From Haliotis rubra (taxonomy: Eukaryota), in contig NW_025765636.1 of assembly GCF_003918875.1 (NCBI RefSeq), forward strand, positions 682,001-746,000: 64,000 bases of DNA. Direction: 5' to 3'. Position 1 is the stretch's first letter, and the number at the start of each line of letters is the position of its first letter. Made by a program: the position numbers and the translations under genes. Below are positions 12,501 through 24,461 of the stretch, one piece after another. The notes under the pieces are model-generated. The model searched no databases. It had not been told where the DNA came from and saw only the letters and a program-made list of their open reading frames with translations.

Positions 12501-13663
12501 AAACTGGAAACAAATACCTATTAGTGTTTGTAGATTACTTCACCAAATTTGTCGAACTTTTCCCTGTTTCTGACATGAAAGCAGTGACTGTGGCAAATAA
12601 GTTAGTGTACAACATCATATGTAGACATGGTGCTCCGAAATATCTACATAGTGACCGTGGCTCAAACTTTCTCGCTGAAGTTGTGAAAGAAACCTGTAAG
12701 TTGATGTCAGTGAAAAAGACTCAAACTACAAGCTACCACCCGAGATGTAATGGGCAAAGTGAAAGGTTCATGTCTACAGTACAAGCTTCACTTTCAAAAT
12801 ACTGTGACACAATGCATGATGAGTGGGATTTGCATGTACCTTTCATACAGTTTGCCTACAACACTACTCCATCACTTGACACAACAAATTATTCTCCCTA
12901 CTTCCTTGTTCACGGACGCCATCCTCGATTCCCCAGTGATGCAACACTCGATCTTGGCCCCGGCTGCTCTCTTGCAACTGCAGACTATGTATCGCAGTTA
13001 GTAAGCGGTTTAGAACAGGCAAGGACATTCGCTGAAGATCATCTAAAGGAAAAAAAAGAAGGTCATGTGTGACAAATTTGCAAGTAAGGTAAACGTACCA
13101 GATTTCAAGGTTGGTGACACTGTGTTCGTGTACCAACCAGTGATTGTCACAGGTCAAACAAGAAAACTGGCCAGGCCTTGGTCTGGTCCCTACTATATCA
13201 TAGAAAAACTTTCAGACATTCATGTTCGCGTACGTCGCAAATGTGATGGGAAACTTATCAGAAATAGACTACATGTGGAGCGACTGAAGAAATCAACGAT
13301 TCGTCTCAATGAACCAGACGACCATGAACCTCAGACCAGTTACCACCTGCTATCTTGTCTGGTGACGAGATTCCGCCCCATGATCTCCAACCTGACAAGG
13401 ATAGTCAAACTGTGTGTGACACTCCACAAACAACCAAGAGTGCCCAGGACGCTTCTGACAATCCAAAGTACTATGAGATAGAAAAAATCATCTCCATGAA
13501 ATATCTCCATGGACAATGGTATTATCGCGTCAAATGGTTATCATTTGACCAATCCTACAATTCTTGGATTTCATACAGTGATCTTTCTCCTGATTGTCAG
13601 AAAATGGTGGATTCCATACATTCTCAGTTGAGAACAGATAAAAGAAGCCAGCGTAAACAGTAA
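9506..13663 (+). pseudogene. Gypsy pol: protease, RT, RNase H, integrase (zinc finger, DDE, GPY), chromodomain; several frameshifts
   Basis: ALLDTGA; YRFVVDYR, YLDD; LYTDAS, EKECLA; VDYFTK, HSDRGS, NGQSER; WSGPY; YEIEKII..YYRVKWLSF...NSWI. Confidence 0.93.
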
Positions 13664-14703
13664 TGCTGAACTCTGAACTAAATAATCATTTGTGAAGTTA
13701 TTTCAGTGATGTGAACAGACATGTGTATGAAGTGGCGAATTAATCATTACCTGTTAACCCAAGAAACCATTTGTAGTGTTACTTTAGTAGTTCATTCAAA
13801 ATTACTAGTGTTAGTTCAATTATTGTGTTATCTTATTCAATTGTTGTTGTTTATCATGCTAGTTCAAATGTTGTCATTGCAACATTAGTTTGCAAGAAAA
13901 TACTGAAGTGTGAATTTAAAGGTATATTCATGTTTTAATAATTCTCGTGTTGAAAAGGAACAGAAAAAAGAATTATAAACACATGAATAATGATGAATTA
14001 GTTTTCCCTACCCGAAACACAAAGCTAATGAATGGTATTGAATATGTGAAATCTTTTTTCTCAAAAGTCTATGACTTTAAGACGAATATGATGGTACAAT
14101 CAAATACCAAAATCAGCGTTGTATTTTGTTTTCTTGGACCACAGGGACTAACCATAAACATATTGAAACCTTGTGAAAAATTCTGGTGAATATTGTATCA
14201 TGTTTTACTCTGTTAGTCACCTATGCATCTATCATGATTCTGGTTACTTATACAGTGTATGTTCTACATTTTGGTATATTATGTGTCTAGTCAAATTGAT
14301 TCCTTTGAAACGAAACACTCAGGATTCTAGTACATGGTATTACTCCTTTTAATAGTATTATTATTCATTATTATTATTATTATTATTATTATTCAATATT
14401 CAGTATTAATCACTTTGACTTTGCATTTTATGCATACTTGCGGTTTTACTTCAAACATGTAGTTTAGTTTATTACATATATCACATATTCTTCGTAAAGG
14501 AAATTTCCTAAATAAATTGCATTCAGTTAAATATTTCAAAACATTTCATCGGTAATTCAGCATGTTTGATCCTTTAAGCTTTATGTATCCTACTTATCTC
14601 ACATTGGTGCTAGGGCCCTGCACTGTTGTTAGATTGGTATCATACTTACCATTTATTATCAAAATTTTGTTACTCACCAAACCTTTCTTTAGGGGGAGGG
14701 TGA

Positions 14704-14939
14704 TGTGACGGATATGTCAACCCGTCATGTGTATTTCTTACTAGAATACTCGGGTTTTGCTCGGTTAAGTATGTTACTTGTCCGTTTTTTATGATGAAAA
14801 GGGAGGAAACTCCAGTTTTGTTGTGAACTGTGAGGTTGGCGCCATGTAACACTCACTGCGAATAAAGAAGAATGTTTAACTCCCCACAACGGGTTGAGGT
14901 TTATGTGTTCACAAGTAAGACAGCAACACAGCTGTCACA
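14704..14939 (+). repeat. 3' LTR, preceded by polypurine tract AGGGGGAGGG
   Basis: Direct repeat of 5292-5527. Confidence 0.96.
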
Positions 14940-15166
14940 GTACCAAAGAGTGTTAACATTCACAACTTCAGATATTCTACTAGTGATCCTTTGGTGAAGT
15001 ACGGTGTACTGCAGAGTTCTTCCTGAGTGATACATTAATGATGGGGTTCTCTCTTCCCTTTCGCCCTGAGTACTAAATAATTGTTCGCGTGTATGATCCA
15101 AGTGATGAAGATCAACCGCGTGGACTTGGGTCTCACGATTCAGATCATGCTATTCCAAGTGGCTTT

Positions 15167-15516
15167 AAAGACTAACGCTTAGTCTCTGAATATATGTATA
15201 TTTTTGATTGTAACAAATAAAACATTTAAATTGAAAAGGAGCCCCAGGGAGACCAGAGATTCAGAACCTGGGGAAATCTAGACTTGCTTCATTTAGGGTT
15301 TTACCATTGCAGGGAAGCCAGGGCCCCGTTTCACAAAGCTCTCGTAAGCCTAAGATCTCGTAACTTTTCTCGTAGCAGTCGTATCTCCTATGTTACAGTA
15401 TAGGAGATACGACTGCTACGAGTAAAGTTACGAGATCTTAGGCCTACGAGAGCTTTGTGAAACGGGGCCCTGGGCTGCAGGGAAAATAATGTGGTTCGGG
15501 ACTGTGAGACAGATTA
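15167..15516. mobile_element. AcademH-like family copy split by a MITE
   Basis: Homology on both sides of 15322-15469. Confidence 0.7.
15322..15469. mobile_element. Hairpin MITE, PIF/Harbinger-like
   Basis: Near-perfect 70-bp arms GGCCCCGTTTCACAAAGC; CWG flanks. Confidence 0.8.
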
Positions 15517-16134
15517 GTGGCTTTATTACTACCACGTTTTAATCGTAGAAATGTGTTCTTTCAATATGCGGCTAAAGTTGTGAGGCTAAGTCGCCTCCAG
15601 CTGAAAGGATAGTGTCACTCCTGGTGGGGTCCAGCTGGTAGTAGAGGCACGTTAAGTCCCCACGGTCATAATCATAACGGTCTAACTTTGGTTGCCGGCA
15701 ATCTCTAGCCTGATTTGAATTTGTTTGGCAAAAGTTTCCGCTTTTAAATGTTCCATATATAGTTTGATAAATAGATGTGATACATTGCTACTCATTGTAC
15801 TGCTCACCGGTAACATGTTTTGCACAACATTTTGTAGTCACCAACTGACTAAAATACAGCGGGGCTAAATTGTAACTCACCTACTCATGTTAAAATGCAA
15901 TATGGTTCAAGGCGTCCGGGGTTCCAAACAAGGTGACAAAAGTGCAAATCCTGTTTTCGTTCAAATACCTTATATGTCAAACAATTTATAATTTACATCA
16001 CCTCCACGGGTTTAGTGGCTCACAGGAAACTGAAAACAAGACAGTATTCATCAGAGGAAACAGAGTGGCGACTAGCAGGGGTGAGTCGAAAGATAGCCGA
16101 ATAAGGACTTGTTCAGTAGTGACTGTGTTTAACG

Positions 16135-16376
16135 TTGGTTGGTTTGTTGTTTAACGCCACACTCAGCAATATTCCAGCTATGTGGCGGCGTTCTGTAAAT
16201 AATCGTGTCTGGACCAGACAATCCAGTGATCAACAGCATGAACATCGATCTACACAGTTGGGATACGATGACATGTGTCAACCAAGTCAGCGAGCCTGCC
16301 CACCCGATCCCGTTAGTGGCCTTTTACGACCAACATGGGTTACTGAAGACCAAATCTAACCCAGATCTTCATGGGT
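16135..16376 (-). mobile_element. SINE family A
   Basis: Homologous to 1458-1693. Confidence 0.85.
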
Positions 16377-17940
16377 TTGAAAATTTGAACTAAAACGTTT
16401 GTAAAAGAACTTCCCGTAAATACGTGAAGACTAATAAAATCTTGAAAATCTGGTACAAATAATTATCATTAGTTCAAGTCACGTATTCCAGTTATATCCC
16501 AGCGTGTCACCATGTCGTGCAGAAAGGTCAACGTGACGCATGCGCAGGTCTTGGACGTTTACTTCATTAGTGAAACCCGGTTATGGTGCTGATAAAACCA
16601 CCAAGGATCATAACCGGGGCGATCACAGAGTGGAATCCATGATCATAGGCTTCTGGCGTGCCAAAGGGACGCAACTCTGTTTAACGAATTGCGCCGCAAC
16701 AGACGAGTTGGTCACCTGTGGTCCCTTCAGACGTATTTGTAGGTATACTTCCGGATGCAGTAACAAGTCAAATTGACAACGCCAATTAGTAATACTGTTT
16801 AATTCAAAATGTTTTCACAAATAACAATAAGACGAGTTTGATAAACATTGCATAAAATATGAAAATACTGCTACACAACGTGAACCTGTCCATGACAATC
16901 ATGCATATGTGTATATGTATACATACCACCTCATGCAAATACACCGATTATCCAGCGTATCCTATCTCCTTTCCATCCCAATAGATACCATATACCCATT
17001 CGCCATCATGCTTTCGTCTTGAGCCTGGTTTGAATGGCACTCATCTTAACATTATGAGAAGAAACAGCTGATATCAACAGAAATGATTTGCTTTGTTTCG
17101 TGCTGTATCAGGCAAAACTTGGTTTCGCGTGAGGGCATTCCTCCCCGTCTTAATACTCAATAGACCATTAGCAATCTGATAAATCAAACCTTAGTTATCT
17201 CCAGACAAAGATATCCTATCACAGCTAGGTCATGTCAAGTGACCGTTTGCGACCGTTCGATTGACCGACCGTTGAAATTATATCTACGTGTACATAATCC
17301 AATCAGAAAGCCGATTGCTCAACTAATACGGCACCTGTTTCAAGGGTCGACTAACATTCACGACTAAAGTTTGAAAATATTTTAACTAAGTTCTCATTCC
17401 AAATTTGAAAATTGAAAAATAGAATAACATTCTGGAATGTCTCATAGATGACCGACATTGTAAGGCAGTTCTTTTCGAGGAATATGCAAAGTCCCTTCCG
17501 TTGAAATGCTTATCCTATTTAACCGTGAGATGGAAGTCAGATGTTTTTGAAGTATTCATTCTTAGTGTCAGTAACTGTCGTTCGGAATAACCCGTGTTTA
17601 CCTTTTTCGAGGTTGCATGATATGAAAGAAAACATTCCGACTGTTTCTTCCCTGATTTTGGTTTGCGACGTCCTGATTGGTCGAATAATAGGTCGTTCTG
17701 ACGTGACCCGTATACATGTATACATGAGATATTATTAGACTTTAAGGAAGATCATATTTTAATGAGACAACACCATTACCAGCTATAATTAGATATGTTA
17801 CTGCCTCATACCATTGATTGTATCGATAGCTCTCTCGCACGAACGCGAATTTTGAACGATAATCTAGACTGAACTCGCTTTCACAAGGGGTATTTTGATT
17901 GGTTGCTCATGAACGGGAGAAAGTTATTCGTGACCCACTA

Positions 17941-18082
17941 CATTCGTCACCACTCGCCCCTTTCCGTAACCTGTCGGTATTCGGCTTGTCCCGGAATAAC
18001 ACGAGTTGGTCACGAATGGACCCACTAATGTTATTCCGGGACAAGCCGAAGGTTACGGAAAGGGACGAGTGGTGACGAATGG
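17941..18082. repeat. Foldback element
   Basis: About 53-bp inverted arms CATTCGTCACCACTCG...GGAATAACA. Confidence 0.75.
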
Positions 18083-18962
18083 GGAGAAAGTATGCCTGTG
18101 ACGTCACCACGTTTTGATAATTAAAAAGTTGATATACCACACTGGATAATCGAGTATGGCAAAATAGTGTCCTCTTACAACCACTGAAAAATACAAACCA
18201 AAAAAACAACAAATACATATATACAGTATAGATGACAACGAGGTCCTACATCCGGACAATTCAACAAAACTCTGGATTTCCAGGTAACGTGATACATCGA
18301 GCTGCCAAATACAACGATGCTTTCAACAGCCTTTCAGTTTCACTTTAATTAGGATAACAGCTTCGACTAGACAATGTTCTAAAACCAAGCAACAAGGGTT
18401 TAGTGTTCCACGAACGTGCAATGGTTGAAGAACAGTTGCATGTCGCTATATTATTGCTTGGATATCGTCAGAACATATAGTAAACCGCCCCCCTTATGAA
18501 TCGGCAATGAGCTTTAAGCAGTTGCGTGCTTAAGATTTTTCTTGTAATGAGGCATGGTATAATGGACTGGGAATTGAATATTTGATCGGTGGGATTAATA
18601 TTTGGTCCATATCATCGACTGTTCGTTTCTTCATGACCTCCCCAACCCCGCCCCACCAACTGCATGTAATACACACCAATACATGCAACATTTGTTATGC
18701 TGTCTCCTGTCTGTAATAAATAACCTCCACAAAACGTTAGAATTATACAAATAAATTTTGAAAAATAATCGAATTTTGTATGCACCCCCCACAGTTGTGT
18801 TATATTTTCACGGCACCCCTTTCGGTATAACTCTTTCATGATTCACATTACTCCTATTAATCTCACCTGGGCCTCAGATTGTATTGCATAAAGCGGCGTA
18901 AAACTGAACTCACTCACTTACTCCTCAAAATTGTGTTCACCAGTAGTGATAAATGAGATCAG

Positions 18963-19233
18963 GCCCCGATTTCTCGAAACAAACTTAAGTTTGTACTCAA
19001 ATATCAAACTGAGTTTGACAATTTGAAACAGCTGAATTTTTAACTCAGCTGCATGTTTAAAATAAAAAAGCCCAAACAACTTAAGTATTCTATTCACCGA
19101 ACTCAAATTGTCTACTATGTTTGAGTTTGATATCGATTTCAGTTCAACAATGGGAAATGCGTTTTCTCAATTTGAGTTAAAATTTGAACTTAAGTAAAAA
19201 CTCAGACTTAAGTTTGTTTCGAGAGATCGGGGC
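18963..19233. mobile_element. MITE, PIF/Harbinger-like
   Basis: TIR GCCCCGATYTCTCGAAACAAACTTAAGT; CAG on both flanks. Confidence 0.75.
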
Positions 19234-19539
19234 CAGATTGTACTTAGATCGATTATCGAACTACTGAGCTGAAGACAAATATTTGTTATACATGTATCCG
19301 CAAATGTCTATTATCTTTTTCAGATGTGAATTTAAAAAACAAGTTGGAGGGTTTTTTTGTCAAGGAGGGCATTACTTTACTGTTTGCATCACGACATAAA
19401 TATGCACCGTCCTGTTAATGTGGCTTTGCATGTGTATTAGTGCACCCATTTGACCCTCCTCGCACCCTCATCTGAATCACTGCACAACACGTGAATCCAG
19501 TGTTAGCCTCCCTGAACAACACAGAGATCATTGCCCTCA

Positions 19540-19790
19540 TCATGCTGCCTTCACCTTGGGTGTATAGGCACTGCTGAATAGTGCATCCAGGAGATTGGTT
19601 AGAGGCACAAAAAAGAACAGACTGTAGTTGGTTCCCAACTTCAGCCTTTCGCCCAAGTTTCTTGGTGCCAGTAGCTTCGATTTTGAGAAGTCGTCAAAGA
19701 AGACACCAGCCTCGACTGCCGTTACGAAGGTGATGATCTGGACACAGTACATGATTACCGGAATACGGATCCAGGGGCACTTTGACGGAC
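19540..19790 (-). CDS. TMEM97: TMEM97-like coding exon 3 (PSKCPWIRIPVIMY...FDDFSK...ERLKL...SAYTPKVKAA*)
   Basis: Acceptor tattccacag| (phase 1) joins exon 2 in frame; matches human CKWIRTPAIIY..FEDFSK..ERLTL by recall; C-terminal KxKxx ER-retrieval motif; total CDS 522 nt. The upstream part of ORF 19540..19992 is SINE read-through. Confidence 0.92.
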
Positions 19791-19825
19791 CTGTGGAATA
19801 CAAATAAGTGAGCGTTAGTGATTGA

Positions 19826-20275
19826 GAGAGTGAGTTTAGTTTTACGCCGCACTCAGCAATGTTGAAGCCATTTGGCGGCCGTCTGTAAATAATCGAATCT
19901 GGACTAGACAATCTAGAGATCAAGAGCATGAGCATCGATCTACGAAATTGGGATACGATGACACGTGTCAACCAAGTCACGAGCCTTACCACCCGATCCC
20001 GTTAGTTACCTCTTACGACAAGCATGGGTTACTGAAGATTAATTCTAACCCGGATCTTCACGGGTTATTAAGAGAGCGTGTACGAGTACGATTACGTTGT
20101 GGTGAGATTTGTTTGTTTGTTGTCTTACGCCGCATTCAGCAAATGTCCTGCGACATGTAAATAATCCAGTCTGGACAAGACAAGACATGAGCATCGATCT
20201 ACGCAAATGGAATACGATGACATGCATCAACCACGTAAGAAAACCTGGCCCCCTGATCCCGTCAGTCGCCTCTTT
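19826..20275 (-). mobile_element. Two adjacent SINE family A copies (19826-20066 full, about 20105-20275 partial)
   Basis: Homologous to 1458-1693; in intron 2 of the TMEM97-like gene. Confidence 0.85.
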
Positions 20276-20287
20276 CGAGAATCGTTA

Positions 20288-20459
20288 GGGGCGGTGGGGT
20301 AGCCTAGTGGTTAAATCGTTGGCTCGTCACGCCGAAGACCCGGGTTCGATTCCCCACATGGGCACAATGTGTTAAGCCCATTTCTGGTGTCCCCCGCCGT
20401 GATATTGCTGGAATATTGCTAAAAGCGGCGTAAAACTAAACTCAGTCAGTCAGTCAGTC
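20288..20459 (+). mobile_element. SINE family B
   Basis: TAGCCTAGTGG and GGTTCGATTCC boxes; TSD GAGAATCGTT. Confidence 0.9.
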
Positions 20460-21617
20460 GAGAATCGTTGAGTGCTGAATAGTGTTAGAGGAAAGTCCGT
20501 GATGCACGCCTCACACGGTTATCACACTGATGGAACTCGCGTGTACGGGTCTGATACTGACAAACCTAGACCCAACCGGAGCGAACAGGAATCGGAACCC
20601 ATAATCATTGGTTTCTGGTGAACCAAAATAGCGAAATATTCGATTTTCGATTTTAGCGTTTATCAGAGAATTCTTGTGGCAGTAGAAATGGTTTTGTCGC
20701 CTTTGCCCAACCATGGCAACTTTGATTAAATGTTCTCCACTCAGAGGTGCGTCTGATGTATGTTTCTACAGTTTGTGATTTCAGCAGTATCAGGGTGATT
20801 TGGGGATCCAATTTGGACCATAACCATTGTTGGTATCAAAAGCGATCTATTGCGTCTAGCGGGCTGACACACAGTGTCACACTCGCACAATCAACATAGT
20901 ACAGTGTTTGTACACTGTTTCTCGTTATCCCTCCAGAACTGTTTAGGTCAATTTAATAAGTAAACCATACACCCGCTACGTGTTGCAAGACAGACGTTGG
21001 GGGATCACAGATCCGTTGTCGTGTGGACAGACCGTTTGCCTGCAAAGTGGAAGATGGTTCGATTCCACTAGTAACGCATGGAACTTGTTGTTGCCCTGTC
21101 TGATCCTATGGGGCATCATGTTAAACGGCGGCATTGTATCTCAGTAGGGTAGCTCGATGACACCGGCATACGTCCGTACAAGTACAATGTGCCACGCACG
21201 CACGTACGAAAACGGTGTGTGCTCAGTTCTTACTATTGAAGCAGTTCGTGTTTGTAATTACCACAGGATCTAGTGGTCGGGTTCGCTGGCTTGGTTGACG
21301 CATGTCATCGTATCCCATCGTAGATCGATGCTCATGCTGTTGATCACCCAATTGTCTTGGGTGTCACCCAATAATCCAGATTCAATTATTCATTGCTGAG
21401 TGTGGCGTAAAACTACTCACTCACTACTACGGGAATCTGTGATAAAGAATAATATAAATATTATTACCGCCTCAAATGTTTTATGTTCATTCGTAAAACA
21501 CCTGTTGTATATATACATGAAGTGTAGATAGGTAAGGTATGCAGTAGTGTATCTATTGTATGTCAACCAACTCTAGAAACTTCAGATTCGGAGGCGATTA
21601 TTCGTCAGGGGAAATAC

Positions 21618-21768
21618 CTTTATAGTATGCATAGATGGCGAAGAAGAAGAAAGGGATGTGCGTGATGAATTCCACGATGCAGAAACTGGCGAACCAGGGC
21701 ATGTTCCGAGCATTTGCCATGTATGGATCCCTGAAGTGTTGAGTGTACCACTGGAACAGGTCAGTCAG
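21618..21768 (-). CDS. TMEM97: TMEM97-like coding exon 2 (LTDLFQWYTQHFRDPYMANARNMPWFASFCIVEFITHIPFFFFAIYAYYKG)
   Basis: Acceptor ctgtttcag|, donor AAAG|gtattt, 151 nt, phase 0 to 1. WY..F.DP, PWF.SF..E and PFF motifs of TMEM97. Confidence 0.92.
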
Positions 21769-22270
21769 CTGAAACAGACAGGATTATTGAACAGACCAGT
21801 CAGCTGTGACAGACAGTATTCTTGAACAGATCAGTCAGCTGTGACAGACATGATTCTCGAACAGACCAGTCAGCTGTGACAGACAGGATTCTTGAACAGA
21901 TAAGTAAGCTGAAACAGAGGATTCTTGAACAGATCAGTCAGCTGAAACAAGAGGATTCTTGAACAGATCAGTCAGCCGAAACGGAAGATTCTTGAACAGA
22001 TCACTCAGCTGAAACAGAGAGAATTCCTGAATAGATCAGTCAGCTGAAACAAAAGGATTTTTAACACCGACTGACTGAGTACGGTTCTACGCCGCTTTTA
22101 GCAATATTCCAGCAATGTCACGGCGGGGGACACCAGAAAGGGGCTTCACACATGGTTCCCATGTGGGGAATCGAACCCGGGCATCAGGCGTGAGGAGCGA
22201 ACGCTTTAAACACAAAAAATTACCCCACCGCCCCGATTCTTAAACAGATCATTCAGATAAAACAGACAGG
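21754..22270. repeat. 33-35-bp minisatellite (about 10 units) derived from the exon 2 splice acceptor
   Basis: Unit GAACAGATCAGTCAGCTGAAACAGACAGGATTCTT; the first unit overlaps exon 2. Confidence 0.9.
22069..22234 (-). mobile_element. SINE family B inserted in the splice-acceptor minisatellite
   Basis: Homologous to 20288-20459. Confidence 0.85.
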
Positions 22271-23192
22271 ACACGGTGGTCTGGGTAACACCATCCAGGT
22301 TGTGACTTCATCACGAAGGCATGTGTTTTCATACCACCTGCCGCTAGTCTCCTGACCATGAGTCATGGAACACCATAAACTGCACAGACGATAAACACAA
22401 CAGCACAATAATCGTTATCGCAAACCGAGTTTATGCTCATTACAGCAGACCACGAACATCGTTTATATGTCATCCCAAATGTATGCTTGCCCAATTACAA
22501 ATACCAGCTATTCAAACCAACTTCCTGAACCGCCGAGCAGCAGGTCGCTCTAAATGTCTCAGAGCCCCAGCAACGAGGATATTTGGTTGGGATGTAATGA
22601 TATGTTTGCATTCGCTGTCAAATAATTGGTTATTTAGAAAGGATGTATTGCGCCTGACCTAACCCACCTAAGATAATTACGGATGACTTTTCCCGAACTA
22701 ACAATCATCCTATTTCCTAAGACTAACATAACGTTTTTGTTCATTTTTTCATCGTTAAGATTCTCTCCGTTCCCAAAGGTTTGTTTTGAAATATTGGACA
22801 GAAAAGGGAATACATGTACTGTAGACCGCCTCTCGCCCGTAGTTCTCCAGGGGACGTGCTTGTAAAGTAAACGACGGATGTGAATGATTATACAGGGCAA
22901 GAAGTAAGATTACTTTCTATTAATAGCTGTCTGTGTGCCAAATTCCAATATCTAAAAACATTGAGCAGAGTAAGTCGTGCTCTTGACGCTTTTGAAGTGT
23001 CCCTCTCCCTACGGACCAATGATAGACGAACCATCTGGAAAACGTTCCGAAATGGAAAAAAATCCAATCGTATTGTGTTTGACAAAGATATGATTCGTCT
23101 TTCAAATCTGGCAGTTATAATTTGCTTTGTTTCAATCGATCACCCAACGAAATATGTTTCGATTAACAGATAGGTCTTTTAATAATGCTTAA

Positions 23193-24290
23193 GGGGTCGT
23201 TGTCGGTACGAGAACGGGACCGCCTCCGTGGTGTAGTGGTTAGAGCGTCCGCCCGGAGAGCGGAAGGTCGCGGGTTCGATCCCCGACCGCGTCATAGCAA
23301 AAGCCGTTAAAATATGGTACTTGTTGGTCCATGCCTGGCGCTCGGCATTAATGGGTACAACAAGAACTGGTCGGCTCGGAGTCATTATAATGTGTCTGAG
23401 TGGGGTATTCATGCTTCACTGCGGCGTGGTATCTCAGTGGGCTAGCACTATAAAACCAGCCTAAGTCTGGGCTAGTACAAGCAGCCGCACATACAAATAC
23501 ACACGCATGCACGTCGTCATATGAGCGAATTGTTCTCAAGCACGACGTTAAACCAAAATTCACCTCACCTCACATCACCGGTACGGGAACTACAGACGGG
23601 TAACCAAGGTAGCAGAAATCAGAATACAGAAACGTACCCAAGTACGAGTCCATTCCGCATTGAGCCAAGTCAAAACATTGATTACACAACAGTCTCGTTT
23701 CCTGTTGACTGGGTTCCGTCCTATTGCGCAACTTAGTACAATACCAGTCCAGAATTTTGAGACCAGTTCATTTAACTTGATACATAAATATTAATCAGTA
23801 TTATTTGATACATCTAAGCACTTGAATATTGCAACACTACGCTCCTTCTAATCCTTGCAAACAAGTCGTGCAGCGTGCTCTGTCGTACAGCACTGACAAA
23901 CGGAAATCGTGGAAATCTCAAAACGAGGTTTGTGATGTCTATTTTCACTTTGACACGAGGAAATTCGGATCGGCTGAAAATATGTCATTGTCTGAATAGG
24001 TTAATGTTTCATGACTCATGTTTCGGTTTGGTGTTCTTGTTCGGAACTGTCTCATGTATTTAGTTTCGTTATATAAGAAACGAACACACACAGTAACGAT
24101 TATTTCGTGATGCACAATACCACTCGAAATCAGTTGTACGGGAACAACTACATACGGTTTCGGTTTGGGGTTGCGGAACGTTTCTGGGGTTGGGTACGTT
24201 TCTGTATTTTGAGTTTGTTTAGCGTACATTTCTGTATACAGAAACGTATTTGGGGTAGATATCTGTAGTACCTGTGCCGACAACGACCCT
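23193..24290. mobile_element. Non-autonomous DNA transposon, Kolobok-like, hosting a family C SINE
   Basis: TIR GGGTCGTTGTCGG(T/C)AC; flanks TTAA and TTCA; subterminal CAGAAACGTA repeats. Confidence 0.55.
23218..23577 (+). mobile_element. SINE family C (tRNA head plus Meta/MESC-like domain, ~350 bp)
   Basis: A and B boxes; GTCATAGCAAAAG..ATGGTACTTG..GCCTGGCGCTCGGCATTAA core; (CACCT)n tail; imperfect TSD CGGTACG.GAAC. Confidence 0.85.
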
Positions 24291-24402
24291 TTCAGCTTTA
24301 GCAACACACCCAGTAGTTTTGTCTGGCACGGCTTTGCTCCAAGACTCTTCGCAATGATAAGTCCATGTGTGCACCAGTAAGTCTTTTCTTACGTGCCAGT
24401 CT

Positions 24403-24461
24403 GGCACCCCTTGAAGAGCAACCTCCTCGTGGTGGGTGCTGGGTAACGCCAATGGCTCTTC
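24403..24461 (+). ncRNA. HDV-like self-cleaving ribozyme fold at the LINE 5' end
   Basis: P1 GGCACCC/GGGTGCT (G1-U wobble); P2 GAAGAGC/GCTCTTC; P3 ACC/GGT; L3 TCCTCGT; P1.1 CC/GG; minimal P4; J4/2 GCCAA with the C75 equivalent at 24449. Confidence 0.85.

Larger units (their letters stand above)
5292..14939 (+). mobile_element. Ty3/Gypsy LTR retrotransposon with integrase chromodomain, defective copy
   Basis: 236-bp LTRs TG..CA, 4-bp TSD GTAC (5288-5291 and 14940-14943), PBS, PPT, domain order gag-PR-RT-RH-IN-chromo. Confidence 0.96.

Noticed and set aside
13947-14189. Possible env-like ORF in the Gypsy 3' region
   Set aside because: Short and AT-rich, with no signal peptide or transmembrane segment.
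20288-20360. tRNA genes
   Set aside because: All A/B-box sequences are SINE heads with bodies, tails and TSDs; no complete cloverleaf was supported.
21635-21759. Apparent + strand exon with an FFAT-like motif (EEEERDVRDEFHDAE)
   Set aside because: It is the antisense reading of TMEM97-like exon 2, which is far better supported.
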